Shown: in pieces, positions 43,581-54,030 of the stretch | Position numbering within the stretch: the stretch's first letter is position 1 | Layout: each line of letters begins with the position of its first letter | Assembly (NCBI GenBank): GCA_044220955.1 | Contig: JBGAQA010000001.1 | Location: forward strand, 32,001 to 96,000 | Origin: Sandaracinaceae bacterium | Lineage (GTDB): Bacteria > Myxococcota_A > Polyangia > Polyangiales > Sandaracinaceae | Direction of reading: 5' to 3' | DNA: 64,000 bases | The notes under the pieces: model-generated | Told to the model about the DNA's origin: nothing | The model's input: only the letters and a program-made list of their open reading frames with translations | The model's database searches: none | Program-made: the position numbers and the translations under genes

Positions 43581-45979
43581 TTGGCCGACCGCGACGACCG
43601 CACGCTCGATGCCACGAACGCGGCCCTCGAGGCCCGCATGGCCTCCGGCGATCTCGTGGTCGGCGAGCGCTTCGCCGATCGCTACACCGTCGAGGCGATG
43701 ATCGGCCGCGGCGGGATGGGCACCGTCTACCGCGTGCGCGACACGATGGTGGACGAGCCGGTCGCCCTGAAGCTGCTCGGGACGGCGAGCGAGGACGTGG
43801 TCGAGCGCTTCCGCCGGGAGGTACGACTCGCGCGACGGATCACGAGCCCCCACGTCGCCCGCACGCACGACCTCGGCACGCACGCCGGTGTGCACTACCT
43901 GACGATGGAGCTCGTCGAGGGCGTGAGCCTCGGACGCAAGCTCGAACAGGACGGTCCGCTCGCGCCCGCCCGAGCCGCGCGCCTCGCCGCCTCGATCGCG
44001 CGGGGGCTGGCGGCCGCGCACGCGGCGTCGGTGGTGCACCGCGACCTCAAGCCCGACAACGTCCTCTTCGAGGCCAGCACCGGCCGCGTGGTCGTGACCG
44101 ACTTCGGCATCGCACGCGCTCTCGAGAGCGACCGCACCAAGATGACCGGTGGCATCGCCGGCACGCCCGCGTACATGGCGCCCGAACAGCTCGTCGGTGG
44201 CCCGATCGACGGCCGCGCGGACCTCTACGCCCTCGGCGTGGTCCTCTTCGAGATGCTCACTGGCGAGCTCCCGTTCGAGGGCGAGACGCCGATCTCGATC
44301 GCGGTCGCGCGCCTGCACCATCCGCCGCGCGACCTGAACAGCCTGCGCGCCGTCCCGACGGAGCTCTCGCGCATCGTCGATGCGCTGCTCACCCGCGAGC
44401 GTGACCAGCGGCCCGGGGGGGGGGGGGGGCGGGCCGCGGGGGGGGGGGCCCGGCCGCGGTGGGCCCCCCCCCCCCCCCCCCCGCGATCCGGGCGTCGGGC
44501 GCGCCGCCGTCGATGATCTCGATGCCCTCGAGCGCGTCGCTCGAGAAGGCCGTCTCGCCGCACACGCCCGCCAGCACGTCGGGCTTGCGCCGGGTCATCG
44601 CGGTCCCGCCCATCACGTACCGCGGCGCGACCGAGCATGCGCACGTCGCCGACGGGATCGCCGACGAGCTCGTCGACCTCCTCTCGCGCACGCGGGGCGT
44701 CTCGGCGATCGGGCGGGCCGCGGTGCAGAACGAGCTTGCGCGGGACCGGGACCCGCGCGTCGTGGGCAAGCACCTGGGCGCGACGCACATTCTCGAGGGA
44801 ACGCTCCAGGCCGGAGCCGACAAGCTTCGCCTGACGACGCGCCTCACCGACGTCGGGACCGGCGTGCAGGTGTGGACGCACAAGGAGGACCTGGAGATCG
44901 GCGACGGATTCGGCCTCGAGGAGCGCGCCGCACGCCGCGTCGCCGAGGCGCTCCGCCTCGGGCTCGAGGGCCTCGTCGGCAGCGAGCGGATCTCCGGCGA
45001 GGCCACGGAGCTCTTCACGAGCGCCCGCCGGCGGGCGCGCTCGCCCAGCGTCACGGATCGAGCCTCGACCGTGGACACGCTCGACAGGGTCATCGCGCTC
45101 GCGCCGACCTTCGCACCGGCCCTCGCCGTGCACGCCATGGCGTGCGTGCGCGCTTGGACGACACCACGCTTGCCGAGCGACCCGGCGCCGGCGCGCGACT
45201 GGAAGACCGACGCGGAGGCGAGCGTCGCGCGCGCGCTCGAGCGTGCGTCGCACGTCCCGGAGACGCACCACGCCGCGGCGATGGTGCACCTCCAGGACGG
45301 TCACTACCGGGAGGTGGCCCGCCACGCGCGTGCCGCCCTGGCGCTCGCGCCGGCGTACCCCGACGCGCACCTCGTGCTCGGACAGCTCAAGCTCGAGGCG
45401 GGCGACGCCAAGGCCGGCCTCGAGAACATCGAGATCGCGCTCGACATCGATCCCTCGCTGCACATCGGCTGGTACGAGCGTGCGCGCTACCACGGGCTCT
45501 ACGGGGACGCGGCGCTCTACGAGGCGCTCGCGAAGAACCTCTTCGACATGAACGAGCGCGTGCTCTGGGCGCAGCTCGAGGTGCGAGTCGGCGCGTGGCG
45601 CGGGGACAAGGATCGCATCCGCCGCGGCCTCGACGCGCTCACCAAGAGCCCCCACCCCATCGCGGGTCCGCTCTCCGTGTACTCGCGCGTCGCGCTCGGT
45701 GAGCTGCCGCCGACCGCGGGCTTCGGAGTGACGTCGACCACGTTCGCCGTCAGCCCGCGCATCCGCTCGATCGCGCTGCAGATGCAGTCCGAGGCGCTCT
45801 GCATCGCGGGCGACGTCGCCAGCGCGACCGCGTGCGTCGAGATGGCGGCGACGACGGTGTTGGTCGACCTCGACTGGATCGATCGCTGCCCGCTCATCGC
45901 GCCCGTCCGCGAGAGCCCGAGCTTCTCCGAGTGGCGCCGCGCGGTCGCGCTCCGCTGCGAGGACATCTGGGGCGCGTGA
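43581..45979 (+). pseudogene. Ser/Thr kinase + TolB-like/TPR protein, apparently frameshifted at G/C homopolymers (probably a sequencing artefact)
   Basis: Kinase motifs in 43581..44516; ADGIADELVDLLS..ILEGT and TPRs in 44459..45979, a different frame. Confidence 0.75.
44415..44482. repeat. G15/G11/C19 homopolymer tracts
   Basis: 44415-44429 G15, 44438-44448 G11, 44464-44482 C19. Confidence 0.9.
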
Positions 45980-45989
45980 CGACGGCGTG

Positions 45990-46748
45990 TCACCTGCGGG
46001 GCGGGAGCGACCCCGCGGCGCTCGACGCGCCAGCCACGAGATCGAGGCAGACGCGCAGGACGGCCGTGGCGCTGGCCGCGGCGGGCACCGTCGCGACCCG
46101 CACGCAGATCGCCGCGAACGAGGCCAGCCGGTCGGCGGGCAAGTGCTCGGCGCCCCAGACGACGAGCGACATCGGCGCCGACTCGGCCTGCAGCGCGGCG
46201 CAGAGGGCCGCCGCGTCCATCACGGGCTCGCGCGCGTCGTAGACGACGATCGACGCGAATCCGGGCCGGTCGAGGTGGCCGGCGAAGGCCGTGGGCTTGG
46301 TGACCAGGAGCGCGCGCCCGCTGGGCAAGAGCCGCGAGAGCAGCGAGACCTGCGAGAAGTCGCGCGTCACGACCAGGAGCTGCAGGTGAGGCTTGAGGCG
46401 CGCGCCCGACGATGCGGGCGCGTACGATGGGGTCGGCTCGGGGGAGCCCGACGCGGCCTTCGTCGGGGCGCGCGGCGTCTCCTTGCGATCGCGCACCGCG
46501 CGGCCGTGCTCGTGCAGCGCGAGCTCGACCTCGCCCACGACGCGAGAGGCCGCCTCGCGGTCCTCGAGCGCGACGACGGTGTCGAAGAGCACGCCGCGCA
46601 CGATCTCGAGACCCAGAGCAGCGTCCTCGGGCCAGCGCCCAGCGGGCAGCGCGCTCGTCACCTCGGCCATCGCGTTCGCGCCCGCCTCCTCTCCCAGGAC
46701 GCGCTGCACCGCACGAAACACGAGGCTCTCGATCCCACCCCAGCCCAC
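45990..46748 (-). CDS. hypothetical protein, possibly with a degenerate receiver-like C-terminus
   Basis: Fills the gap with plausible composition; LQLLVVTRD..IVVYD alpha/beta pattern. Confidence 0.6.
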   Translation of the reverse strand: MGWGGIESLVFRAVQRVLGEEAGANAMAEVTSALPAGRWPEDAALGLEIVRGVLFDTVVALEDREAASRVVGEVELALHEHGRAVRDRKETPRAPTKAASGSPEPTPSYAPASSGARLKPHLQLLVVTRDFSQVSLLSRLLPSGRALLVTKPTAFAGHLDRPGFASIVVYDAREPVMDAAALCAALQAESAPMSLVVWGAEHLPADRLASFAAICVRVATVPAAASATAVLRVCLDLVAGASSAAGSLPPRR

Positions 46749-46790
46749 TCCCGTAGCGTGCCACGACTGGGCCGGGCCGAGGGGACGCGA

Positions 46791-47630
46791 TCACGCGCGG
46801 CGAGTCTGACAGCTCGGGCAGAGGTAGGTGACGCGCGGCGTCAGGAGCCCCTGCGACACGCGGGCGATCGCCGTGCCGCACGTGTAACAGGGCTCTGCCG
46901 CGCGATCGTAGACGGAGAGGGGGCCCTCCCCGAGGCGCGCGTCGCGCGCGATCCGACCGGTCCGGGAGGCGAAGGGATCCGGCGTGCTCCGTCGCGGCGC
47001 ATCGACGTTCGCGCGCATCAGCCCGCGCGCGCGATCGAGGAGGGCGAGCAGCTCCTGGTCCGTGTGGGCGGCGACTGGTGCGCGCGGATCGAGCCGGAGC
47101 AGGAAGCAGAGCTCGCTCTTCCAGACGTTACCGATCCCCGCGACCGCACCCTGATCCAGCAGCACCTCGCCGAGCGGTCGGTCGTTCCGGAACCGCAGCC
47201 GGCGCACGCCCTCGTTCGCATCGAAGGCCACACCGAGCAGATCCGGCCCGAGGTCCCGGAACGCGCGATCGCGCACGAGGTCCCTGGTGCGGATCAGCCG
47301 CGCGACCGGCGCGCTCCGCACGACGACGGCGTGCGTGTCCGTCTCGAGGATCGCGACCGTCTCGGACGCGGGCCGCGCCGCGCCCGCCGTCAGCTCGACG
47401 CGTCCGCGCATCGCGAGGTGCACGTGCAGCGAGAGCTCGCCCCCGGGGCCGGAGGCGGAGAAGTGCACGAGCAGGTTCTTCCCGCGCGCCTCGACGCCCG
47501 TGATCGTGCTCCCCGCGAGCCCGCGCGCATCCACCGTCGTCCGCGGCAGCGTCACGCGCCGCACGAGCTGGCCCGTCAGCACCGGCGCGAGCTTGCCCGC
47601 GAGCCGATGCAGCGTGTCGCCCTCGGGCAT
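46791..47630 (-). CDS. nei: Fpg/Nei-family DNA glycosylase/AP lyase
   Basis: N-terminal PEGD, RGKNL, HLAMRG, AGIGNVWKSE (H2TH), C-terminal CxxC..CxxC zinc finger. Confidence 0.88.
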   Translation of the reverse strand: MPEGDTLHRLAGKLAPVLTGQLVRRVTLPRTTVDARGLAGSTITGVEARGKNLLVHFSASGPGGELSLHVHLAMRGRVELTAGAARPASETVAILETDTHAVVVRSAPVARLIRTRDLVRDRAFRDLGPDLLGVAFDANEGVRRLRFRNDRPLGEVLLDQGAVAGIGNVWKSELCFLLRLDPRAPVAAHTDQELLALLDRARGLMRANVDAPRRSTPDPFASRTGRIARDARLGEGPLSVYDRAAEPCYTCGTAIARVSQGLLTPRVTYLCPSCQTRRA

Positions 47631-48920
47631 CTACCGGCGGGGCCGCGACGCGCGACGCGCGCCCGCAGCGCAGGCGGCCGCGGCCGCGAGAAGCGCCATC
47701 AGGTTCGACGGCGTCCCGCGGCCCACCGCGCATCCGGGCCTCGCCCCGCCACCCGGACGCAGCGTCGTCTCCAAGGTCGGCTCGAGTGGGCCGCACACCA
47801 GCGTCGTCTCGTCCGTGGCACCACACGCGTGCGCGTGTCGCACCTGGTCGAAGTCGAGCGCGGAGGCGAACGCAGCACCGCCATCGCGCGACACGCCGAC
47901 GGCGAAACCATCGACGTACTGGTTCGCGCAGACCCAGAGCTCGACCCCCCGGGCCGCCAGGCACGAGACGGCGTACGACGCGATCGGCTCGAATCGATGA
48001 CCATCGGTCGAGCGCAAGAGGCCGGTGCCGAAGCGGCCACCGGCGAAGACCTGCCCACGGTGAAACGCCAAGGCTCCGATCTCGGGCGCCTCCAGCACGA
48101 GCTGCCACGTTCGGCCGCCGTCGTCGGTTCGAAACAGACGCTCTGGCGAGTCCGGCGGCGTGCTCGACGAGGCGCCGCTCGCGTTCCCCGTGGTGGCCCG
48201 CAGATACGCGCGATCGGGGTTCTCGGGATCGATCGCGAGCAGGTGGATGTTCTCGCGAGGCGCCAGCTCGGAGAACGCGACGCGCTCGAAGCTCGCCGCG
48301 GCGTCGCTCGACACGTAGACGAACGCCTGGCGTTCGACGGGCGGCCGGGGCGGGATCGCCCCGACCAGAAGTACGCGCGTCGGCTCGGACGGCGCCACGC
48401 GGATCGACTCGAAGAGAACCTCGCCGAGGGGAACACCCGTCGGCGCCCAGTGCACACCGCCGTCCACGCTGCGCAGGACCCCGTTCGGCACGCCCCCCGT
48501 CGACGTGACCGCGACGAACGCGTCACCCTGGGCGGGATCGCGGTCGAGATCGATCACGACCTGGTCCGCGAGCTCGACGGAGCTGGTCCAAGAGCACCCG
48601 CGACCCTCGCCTCGACGCAGCCCCGTGAACGATCCGGCCAGGATGGCTCCACCTCGAGCGACGGCGATGCGTGGGTCCTCGGTGGGCAGCGCATGGAGCA
48701 CGTCGGCGCAGATCCAGCTCCACGTGACGCCCGCGTCGTCGGTGACCACCATCCCGAACGAGGTCTGGACCACGACGAAGGCCGGGTCGTCCGGATCGAA
48801 TGCGACCCGCTCCGCCGACGGAAAGGTACCGTGAGCGCGCGCGGTCGAGGTGATCGACGCGCCGAACAGGAACGCGGCGAGGGCCAGGCGACGCGTCGCG
48901 CCCTCAACCAGCGTCGACAC
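47631..48920 (-). CDS. secreted BNR/Asp-box beta-propeller protein with MYXO-CTERM-like tail; start uncertain
   Basis: TDDAGVTW, SVDGGVHW, SSDAAASF, TDDGGRTW, SRDGGAAF; C-terminal GCAV-hydrophobic-RRxxRPRR. Confidence 0.8.
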   Translation of the reverse strand: MSTLVEGATRRLALAAFLFGASITSTARAHGTFPSAERVAFDPDDPAFVVVQTSFGMVVTDDAGVTWSWICADVLHALPTEDPRIAVARGGAILAGSFTGLRRGEGRGCSWTSSVELADQVVIDLDRDPAQGDAFVAVTSTGGVPNGVLRSVDGGVHWAPTGVPLGEVLFESIRVAPSEPTRVLLVGAIPPRPPVERQAFVYVSSDAAASFERVAFSELAPRENIHLLAIDPENPDRAYLRATTGNASGASSSTPPDSPERLFRTDDGGRTWQLVLEAPEIGALAFHRGQVFAGGRFGTGLLRSTDGHRFEPIASYAVSCLAARGVELWVCANQYVDGFAVGVSRDGGAAFASALDFDQVRHAHACGATDETTLVCGPLEPTLETTLRPGGGARPGCAVGRGTPSNLMALLAAAAACAAGARRASRPRR

Positions 48921-49356
48921 CGGCGCCGGCGTCCGCCGGACCCGCGTCCGGTGCTGCGCCGTCCGCGCCGCCCGTATCCGTCGAGACACCCGCGTCGTCG
49001 GGTGGTGGCGCGCAGCGCGCCGGGATGCATGCGCTACCGCGTCCGTCGCCGTCGCAGACGGCACCGGTCCCGCATTGCGCGTCCGAAGTGCAGAGCCGCG
49101 TACAGAACCACTGTCCCTCGGCCGGAGCGACCTGCGCCAAGCAGAGCTGGGCTTGCGATGTCGCGGCGCACTCGCTGCCGCGCGGGGTGCAGAACTCGCC
49201 CACGCCGATGTCGTTGCCGTGATCGCCGGGCTGACTGCAGCTTCCCGAGGGCACCGAGAGCGCAGCGTCGCTGCCTGCGTCCCCCGCGTTTGCCGGCTGC
49301 CCGCAGCCCACCGACGCGACCGCGATCCAGAGCGCGAGCGCGCGCGTCGAGGTCAC
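48904..49356 (-). CDS. small Cys-rich lipoprotein
   Basis: SVGC lipobox; GNDIGVGEFC..FCTRLC..C; DAG tail. Confidence 0.75.
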   Translation of the reverse strand: MTSTRALALWIAVASVGCGQPANAGDAGSDAALSVPSGSCSQPGDHGNDIGVGEFCTPRGSECAATSQAQLCLAQVAPAEGQWFCTRLCTSDAQCGTGAVCDGDGRGSACIPARCAPPPDDAGVSTDTGGADGAAPDAGPADAGAGVDAG

Positions 49357-50279
49357 GGCGTGACCACGTCGGTCGTCTCGACCTCACAGAACTCCATCGC
49401 GCCGTCCGGCGATGGGAACGTGTTCATGTACGAGACGCACATCTCGCGCGGGAAGATCACCGACGCGGCGTCCGTGTTGCGCCACTCGCAGGTCTGGCGC
49501 AGCCGAGTACCCCGAGAAAGCAGCAGCGGCGTGTCGAGGCCGTAGATCTCGATCGGCGGGTGCGAGGCGTACGCGGCCTCCCAAGGGAAGTCGTAGAGCA
49601 TCTCCGTGGTGCCGTCGACGTTGATCCGCTCGAGCGAGAACCGCGCACCGTACTCGTGCTCGTGTCCGAGCAGGCTGGCCACCTGGAAGTCGTGCGCGAG
49701 GGTGCAGGTCGAGATCGTGCGAACGGCGCCGCGGGCGGGGATCTCGAAGTTCTCTTCGTCGAACACCAACGTGCCGCCGAGGGCCCGGACCTCCGAAGCA
49801 GGAGGGATCAAGACGTCGACCTCGTCCTGCACGGTCCGCGCCCCCTGCAGGTTGATGTAGTGCGCCTGGAGCACGATCTGCGACCCCGCCGGCAGGAGCG
49901 TTCCGAGACCGTCGACGGCGTAGCTGACCTCGCCACCTCGCGGATCGGCCGCCGTCAGCTGGCGCCACGTCGCCATCTCCGCGTCGATGCACGGGTGGTG
50001 ACCGACGTCGCGATGCACGTTGGTGTAGTGGACGGTGAGGTGATGACCGCCCTCCTGCTGGGTGCCGACACCGCGGCTGATGACGATGTCGTGATCGGTG
50101 ATCAGGGGCGTGTAGAAGCACTCGAACACGTCCCCTGCCGGGATCTCGAAGTCGCCCGTCCGGAGCGAGATGCGATCGGAGAAGATCGCGGCATACGGCG
50201 CGTTCGGTCCTGCGGCGCCGTTGCAGGACACGGTGACGAGAGACGCAAGGACGAACAGTGCTCGAGTCGTGCGCTTCAT
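49353..50279 (-). CDS. copper type II ascorbate-dependent monooxygenase-like lipoprotein
   Basis: GGHH, QAHYIN, GHEH, EMC motifs; TVSC lipobox. Confidence 0.8.
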   Translation of the reverse strand: MKRTTRALFVLASLVTVSCNGAAGPNAPYAAIFSDRISLRTGDFEIPAGDVFECFYTPLITDHDIVISRGVGTQQEGGHHLTVHYTNVHRDVGHHPCIDAEMATWRQLTAADPRGGEVSYAVDGLGTLLPAGSQIVLQAHYINLQGARTVQDEVDVLIPPASEVRALGGTLVFDEENFEIPARGAVRTISTCTLAHDFQVASLLGHEHEYGARFSLERINVDGTTEMLYDFPWEAAYASHPPIEIYGLDTPLLLSRGTRLRQTCEWRNTDAASVIFPREMCVSYMNTFPSPDGAMEFCEVETTDVVTP

Positions 50280-50423
50280 GGTGTGCTCCATTCCGCCGTG
50301 GCAGAAGGGAGAAGTTGTACGTGAAAGCCGGGCGACCGTACACAACCGCTGTTTCGCGGCGTGTGGCCGCTCACGCGAATCACGCGGTCCTGTCGCTGGG
50401 TGGGACGCGAAGAGCCGTCCTGC

Positions 50424-51746
50424 TCAGCCCCGGCTCTTGGCGGGCGTTCCGTCGGGCGCGGCCCCGCTCGTCGCCTCCGGCTTCGCCTCCGCCGGCGCGA
50501 GAGGGAACAGCTTGGCCGCCGCGTTGACGACCTCGACCTCGCCACGCTCGCTCGCGCGCTTCACCTCCGCGACGGGATGGTGCACGACCTTGTTCACCAT
50601 CGCCTCGACCATCCGCTCGAGCGCCGCCCGGTCCTTCTCCTTGTCGCCCGTGAGGCGCGGGAGCGTCTTCTCCAGCTCGGCCGACAGCTGGCCGTGGACG
50701 TGCTGGCGGATGCCGACGATCAGCGGCTTGAGATCCTGCTGCTTGCGCCAGAGCTCGAAGTCGCGCGCCTCGCCGTCGATGATCTTCTCCGCCGCGGCCG
50801 CCTCACGCTTGCGCGCGGCCATGTTCTGCTGGGCGACCTTGCCGAGGTCGTCGACGTCGTAGAGGAACACCCCGTCCATCTCGCCGACGCGTGGATCGAC
50901 GTCGCGCGGCACGGCGATGTCGATGAGGAAGAGGTTGCGATGGCGCCGCGCGCGCATGACCTCCCTCATCAGCTCGACCGTGACCACGAAGTGATCGCTC
51001 GACGTGGACGCGATCGCCACGTCGGCCAAGCCCAGCTCGCTCGAGAGCTCGCTCATGCCGCGCGGCTCGCCTCCACACGCCGCCGCGAGCTCCACGGCAC
51101 GCTCCCGGCTGCGGTTGAGGACGAAGAGCTTCGCGCCTTGCTTGGCGAGGTGCTTGGCCGCGCTCTCGCCCATCTTGCCCGCGCCGACGAGGAGCACGCG
51201 CTTGCCCGAGAGGTCCCCGAAGATGCCGAGCGCGAGGTCGCACGCGACGGAGCTGACGCTCACCGTCCCGGCGGCGATGCCCGTCTCGCTCCGCACCCGC
51301 TTGGCGACGGCGAACGCGCGCGCGAAGCACCGGTCCAGGAGCGTGCCCAGCCCCCCGGCGCCCGAGGCCGCCGCGTACGCGTCCTTCACCTGCCCGAGGA
51401 TCTGGGGCTCGCCCACCACCATCGAGTCGAGGCTCGAGGCGACGCGGAACGCGTGGCGCACGGCGTCCTTGCCGGACTGCTCGTACGTGTGACCGTCCAG
51501 CGCACCGGCGCCGAGCGGCTTCTCCAGCCAGCTGCGCGCGCGCGCGGCGGCGCTCGGATCGCTCGCGACGCCGTAGACCTCGACGCGGTTGCAGGTCGCG
51601 ACCATCAGCGCCTCGTCGAGGTTCACCTCGTCCTTGAGGCGCGCGATCGCTGCGGCCAGCTCCGCGCTGGGCACGGCGAGCTTCTCCCGCAGCGCGACCG
51701 GCGAGGTGCGAAACGAGAGGCCGACGACGAAGATCTCCGCAGCCAC
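50424..51746 (-). CDS. hemA: glutamyl-tRNA reductase
   Basis: TCNRVE, SLDSMVVGEPQILGQ, GAGKMG, DIAVPRD. Confidence 0.97.
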   Translation of the reverse strand: MAAEIFVVGLSFRTSPVALREKLAVPSAELAAAIARLKDEVNLDEALMVATCNRVEVYGVASDPSAAARARSWLEKPLGAGALDGHTYEQSGKDAVRHAFRVASSLDSMVVGEPQILGQVKDAYAAASGAGGLGTLLDRCFARAFAVAKRVRSETGIAAGTVSVSSVACDLALGIFGDLSGKRVLLVGAGKMGESAAKHLAKQGAKLFVLNRSRERAVELAAACGGEPRGMSELSSELGLADVAIASTSSDHFVVTVELMREVMRARRHRNLFLIDIAVPRDVDPRVGEMDGVFLYDVDDLGKVAQQNMAARKREAAAAEKIIDGEARDFELWRKQQDLKPLIVGIRQHVHGQLSAELEKTLPRLTGDKEKDRAALERMVEAMVNKVVHHPVAEVKRASERGEVEVVNAAAKLFPLAPAEAKPEATSGAAPDGTPAKSRG

Positions 51747-51750
51747 CGCG

Positions 51751-52575
51751 TCAGCCTCCCACCGGGCCGGTGCGGATCACGTACCCGACGAGGAGCAGAC
51801 AGGTGCACAGGAACCCGAGCATCGTGCCGATCGCCGCCCGCCGGCCGCGCCAGCCCGCCGCCACGCGCAGCAGCAGCAAGCCTCCGAACATCAGCCAGGC
51901 CAGCAGCCCGAACGCCTGCGCGATCGTGATCGGCGGCGCGCCCGGATCGAGGCGCACGGCCCAGAGCGCACCGCTGACCACGCCGATCGAGAGCAGCGGA
52001 AAGCCCACGCTGATGAGGCGGAACCCCAGCGTGTCGAGGACGTCGAGCGGGGGCAGGCGCCGGAAGAGCCCCGTCAGCTTCTTCCGCTTCAGCTGCCGCT
52101 CCTGGAGCACGTAGGCGATGGCCACCGCGAACGCGAGCGCGAACGCCGTCTCACCGAGCACGTTCACGACGATGTGCACGGGCAGCACCATCGAGCGCAC
52201 GTCGTCGGGCACGGTGCCCACGCCGCGATGGAACGCGGCGAGCAGGATGAAGAGCAGCGCGATGGGTGTGATGAACGCCCCGAGCACGGACACGCGCGGC
52301 AGCCGCGAGCGGTAGGCCCACGCCGTGCCGAGGAACGCGAGCACGAGCAGGAGCGAGCCGACGGCGAGGACCTGGTGGATGTCGCCCAGGCGCGCCCCCC
52401 CATCGGAGAACGAGACCGCGAGGAACGCCACGTGCGCCAGCGCCGCGGGCGCGAGCAACATCGCGCCCGCGCGCCCGACGCTCTCGGTGCCGCGCACGAG
52501 GAACGCGGCCTGGGCGGCCCACGCGGCGACGTAGAGAACGACGGTGAGCGCGAAGAGCGCGGTCAGCAGGCTCAT
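51751..52575 (-). CDS. cytochrome c assembly (CcsA/HemX-like) membrane protein
   Basis: Multiple TM helices; YVLQERQLK, LPPLDVLD, GWRGRRAA; adjacent to hemA. Confidence 0.88.
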   Translation of the reverse strand: MSLLTALFALTVVLYVAAWAAQAAFLVRGTESVGRAGAMLLAPAALAHVAFLAVSFSDGGARLGDIHQVLAVGSLLLVLAFLGTAWAYRSRLPRVSVLGAFITPIALLFILLAAFHRGVGTVPDDVRSMVLPVHIVVNVLGETAFALAFAVAIAYVLQERQLKRKKLTGLFRRLPPLDVLDTLGFRLISVGFPLLSIGVVSGALWAVRLDPGAPPITIAQAFGLLAWLMFGGLLLLRVAAGWRGRRAAIGTMLGFLCTCLLLVGYVIRTGPVGG

Positions 52576-53003
52576 CGCTTTTCCAGGAACAGGCGCGCGA
52601 GCAGGTCGACCTCGCTCGCGCCGTCGCCCGCCCCCGTCGCGCGCTGCATGGCGGCCGCGAGATCGTGCGGGCCCGACGGCGCGCGCACCTGGCCGGGATC
52701 GTCGGGCAGCGGCTCGCCGACGAATCCTTCGGCGACCTCGTAGGCGAGATCGCCGAGGACGACCGAGCCCGCCGAGTAGTCACCTCCGAGCGCCGTGATC
52801 TGATCGACGTCCTTCACGCGGCCGAGCAGATCCGGGGCGTCTCCGGCGCCCGTGAGCTCGTTCTGGAAGAGCACTGCCGTCTTGAGGCAGAAGTTCCGCC
52901 GGTCGGGCAGGGTCGTCATGACCTCGCCCTCGACCTCGACGCGCCCCTCGCCGAGCCAGCGATCGAGGACGGCCTGGGAGAGGAAGAGTCGGTTGTCACC
53001 CAT
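52572..53003 (-). CDS. conserved hypothetical protein coupled to ccsA-hemA
   Basis: MGDNRLFLSQAVLDRW...; ATGA overlap with the next gene. Confidence 0.75.
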   Translation of the reverse strand: MGDNRLFLSQAVLDRWLGEGRVEVEGEVMTTLPDRRNFCLKTAVLFQNELTGAGDAPDLLGRVKDVDQITALGGDYSAGSVVLGDLAYEVAEGFVGEPLPDDPGQVRAPSGPHDLAAAMQRATGAGDGASEVDLLARLFLEKR

Positions 53004-53171
53004 CGGGAGCGAATCGTAGCCGAGCCTCGGCACGCCTGCGAATCCCGACGCGTGCTCGCCGCGAACGTCCCGGGCGGGAGGGCGACGGCCTGCGGACGGA
53101 AGGAGCCGCTGGGGCGTTCCCGGCGCTACCGTCGACCGAAAGGACGGCGCCCTGTGGTACCGTCCTCGGCC

Positions 53172-54029
53172 ATGGCGCGCCGGCTCGCACGCACCTCTCT
53201 CTTCGCTCTGATCGTGGCCCTCGGCGCGCTCGCTCCCGCGGCGGCGTCGGCGCAGAACCCGCTCATCGAGCGCGGCGTCGGCGAGTACGACGAGGTCCGG
53301 TTCGAGGAGGCGCTCCAGACGCTCTCGGCCGCGCTCGTCCGGGCGGGCAACACGAGCGCGGAGCAGGAGCAGATCTACCGCTACCTCGCGCTCACGTACC
53401 TGGCGCTCGGCCGCCAGGAAGAGGCCTCCGGCGCGTGGCGCGCGCTCCTCGGCCTGGCCCCCGACACGCAGGCCGGCAGCGACGTCTCGCCCCGCTTTCG
53501 CACCTTCTTCGACGGCGTGCGCACGCAATGGGAGGCCGACGGCCGACCCGGCACCGCGCCGGCGCGGGCCGTTTCGATCGGCCATCGCTCACCGCCCCAG
53601 GCCGACCGCGGCACGCAGGTGACGCTCGAGGCGACGCTCGAGGATCCCGATCGGCGCGCGGCCTCGCTCGTGCTCGCGTACCGGCAGGGCACGAGCGCCG
53701 TCTACCGGCGCGTCGACTGCGAGCGCGCGGCCGACGGCACGTTCACGGCGACGATCCCGGGCAACGACGTGAGCCCGCCGCTCGTCGAGTACTACTTCGA
53801 GGCGGTCGACGCCGCCGGCCTGCCGCTCGCGTCGCGCGGAGACGTCGCCGCGCCGCTGCGCATCGCGGTGCCCGCGCCCGGCCGCCCGATCGAGGAGGAG
53901 CCCGCGTTCTGGGGCGCCCTCGCCGGCAGCGCGGTGGTGGTCGGCATCGCGATCGGGCTCGGCGTGTTCTTCGGGACGCAGGGCGGCAGCGGCCCGCAGC
54001 AGGGCACGCTGACCATCACGATCGAGTGA
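53172..54029 (+). CDS. TPR + Ig-like membrane-anchored protein
   Basis: Signal peptide, TPR helices, LAYR..VEYYFEAVD beta domain, C-terminal TM. Confidence 0.8.
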   Translation: MARRLARTSLFALIVALGALAPAAASAQNPLIERGVGEYDEVRFEEALQTLSAALVRAGNTSAEQEQIYRYLALTYLALGRQEEASGAWRALLGLAPDTQAGSDVSPRFRTFFDGVRTQWEADGRPGTAPARAVSIGHRSPPQADRGTQVTLEATLEDPDRRAASLVLAYRQGTSAVYRRVDCERAADGTFTATIPGNDVSPPLVEYYFEAVDAAGLPLASRGDVAAPLRIAVPAPGRPIEEEPAFWGALAGSAVVVGIAIGLGVFFGTQGGSGPQQGTLTITIE

Positions 54030-54030
54030 C

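Noticed and set aside
46747..46763. TGGCACGCTACGGGA upstream of 45990..46748
   Set aside because: The -24 box is good but there is no GC at -12
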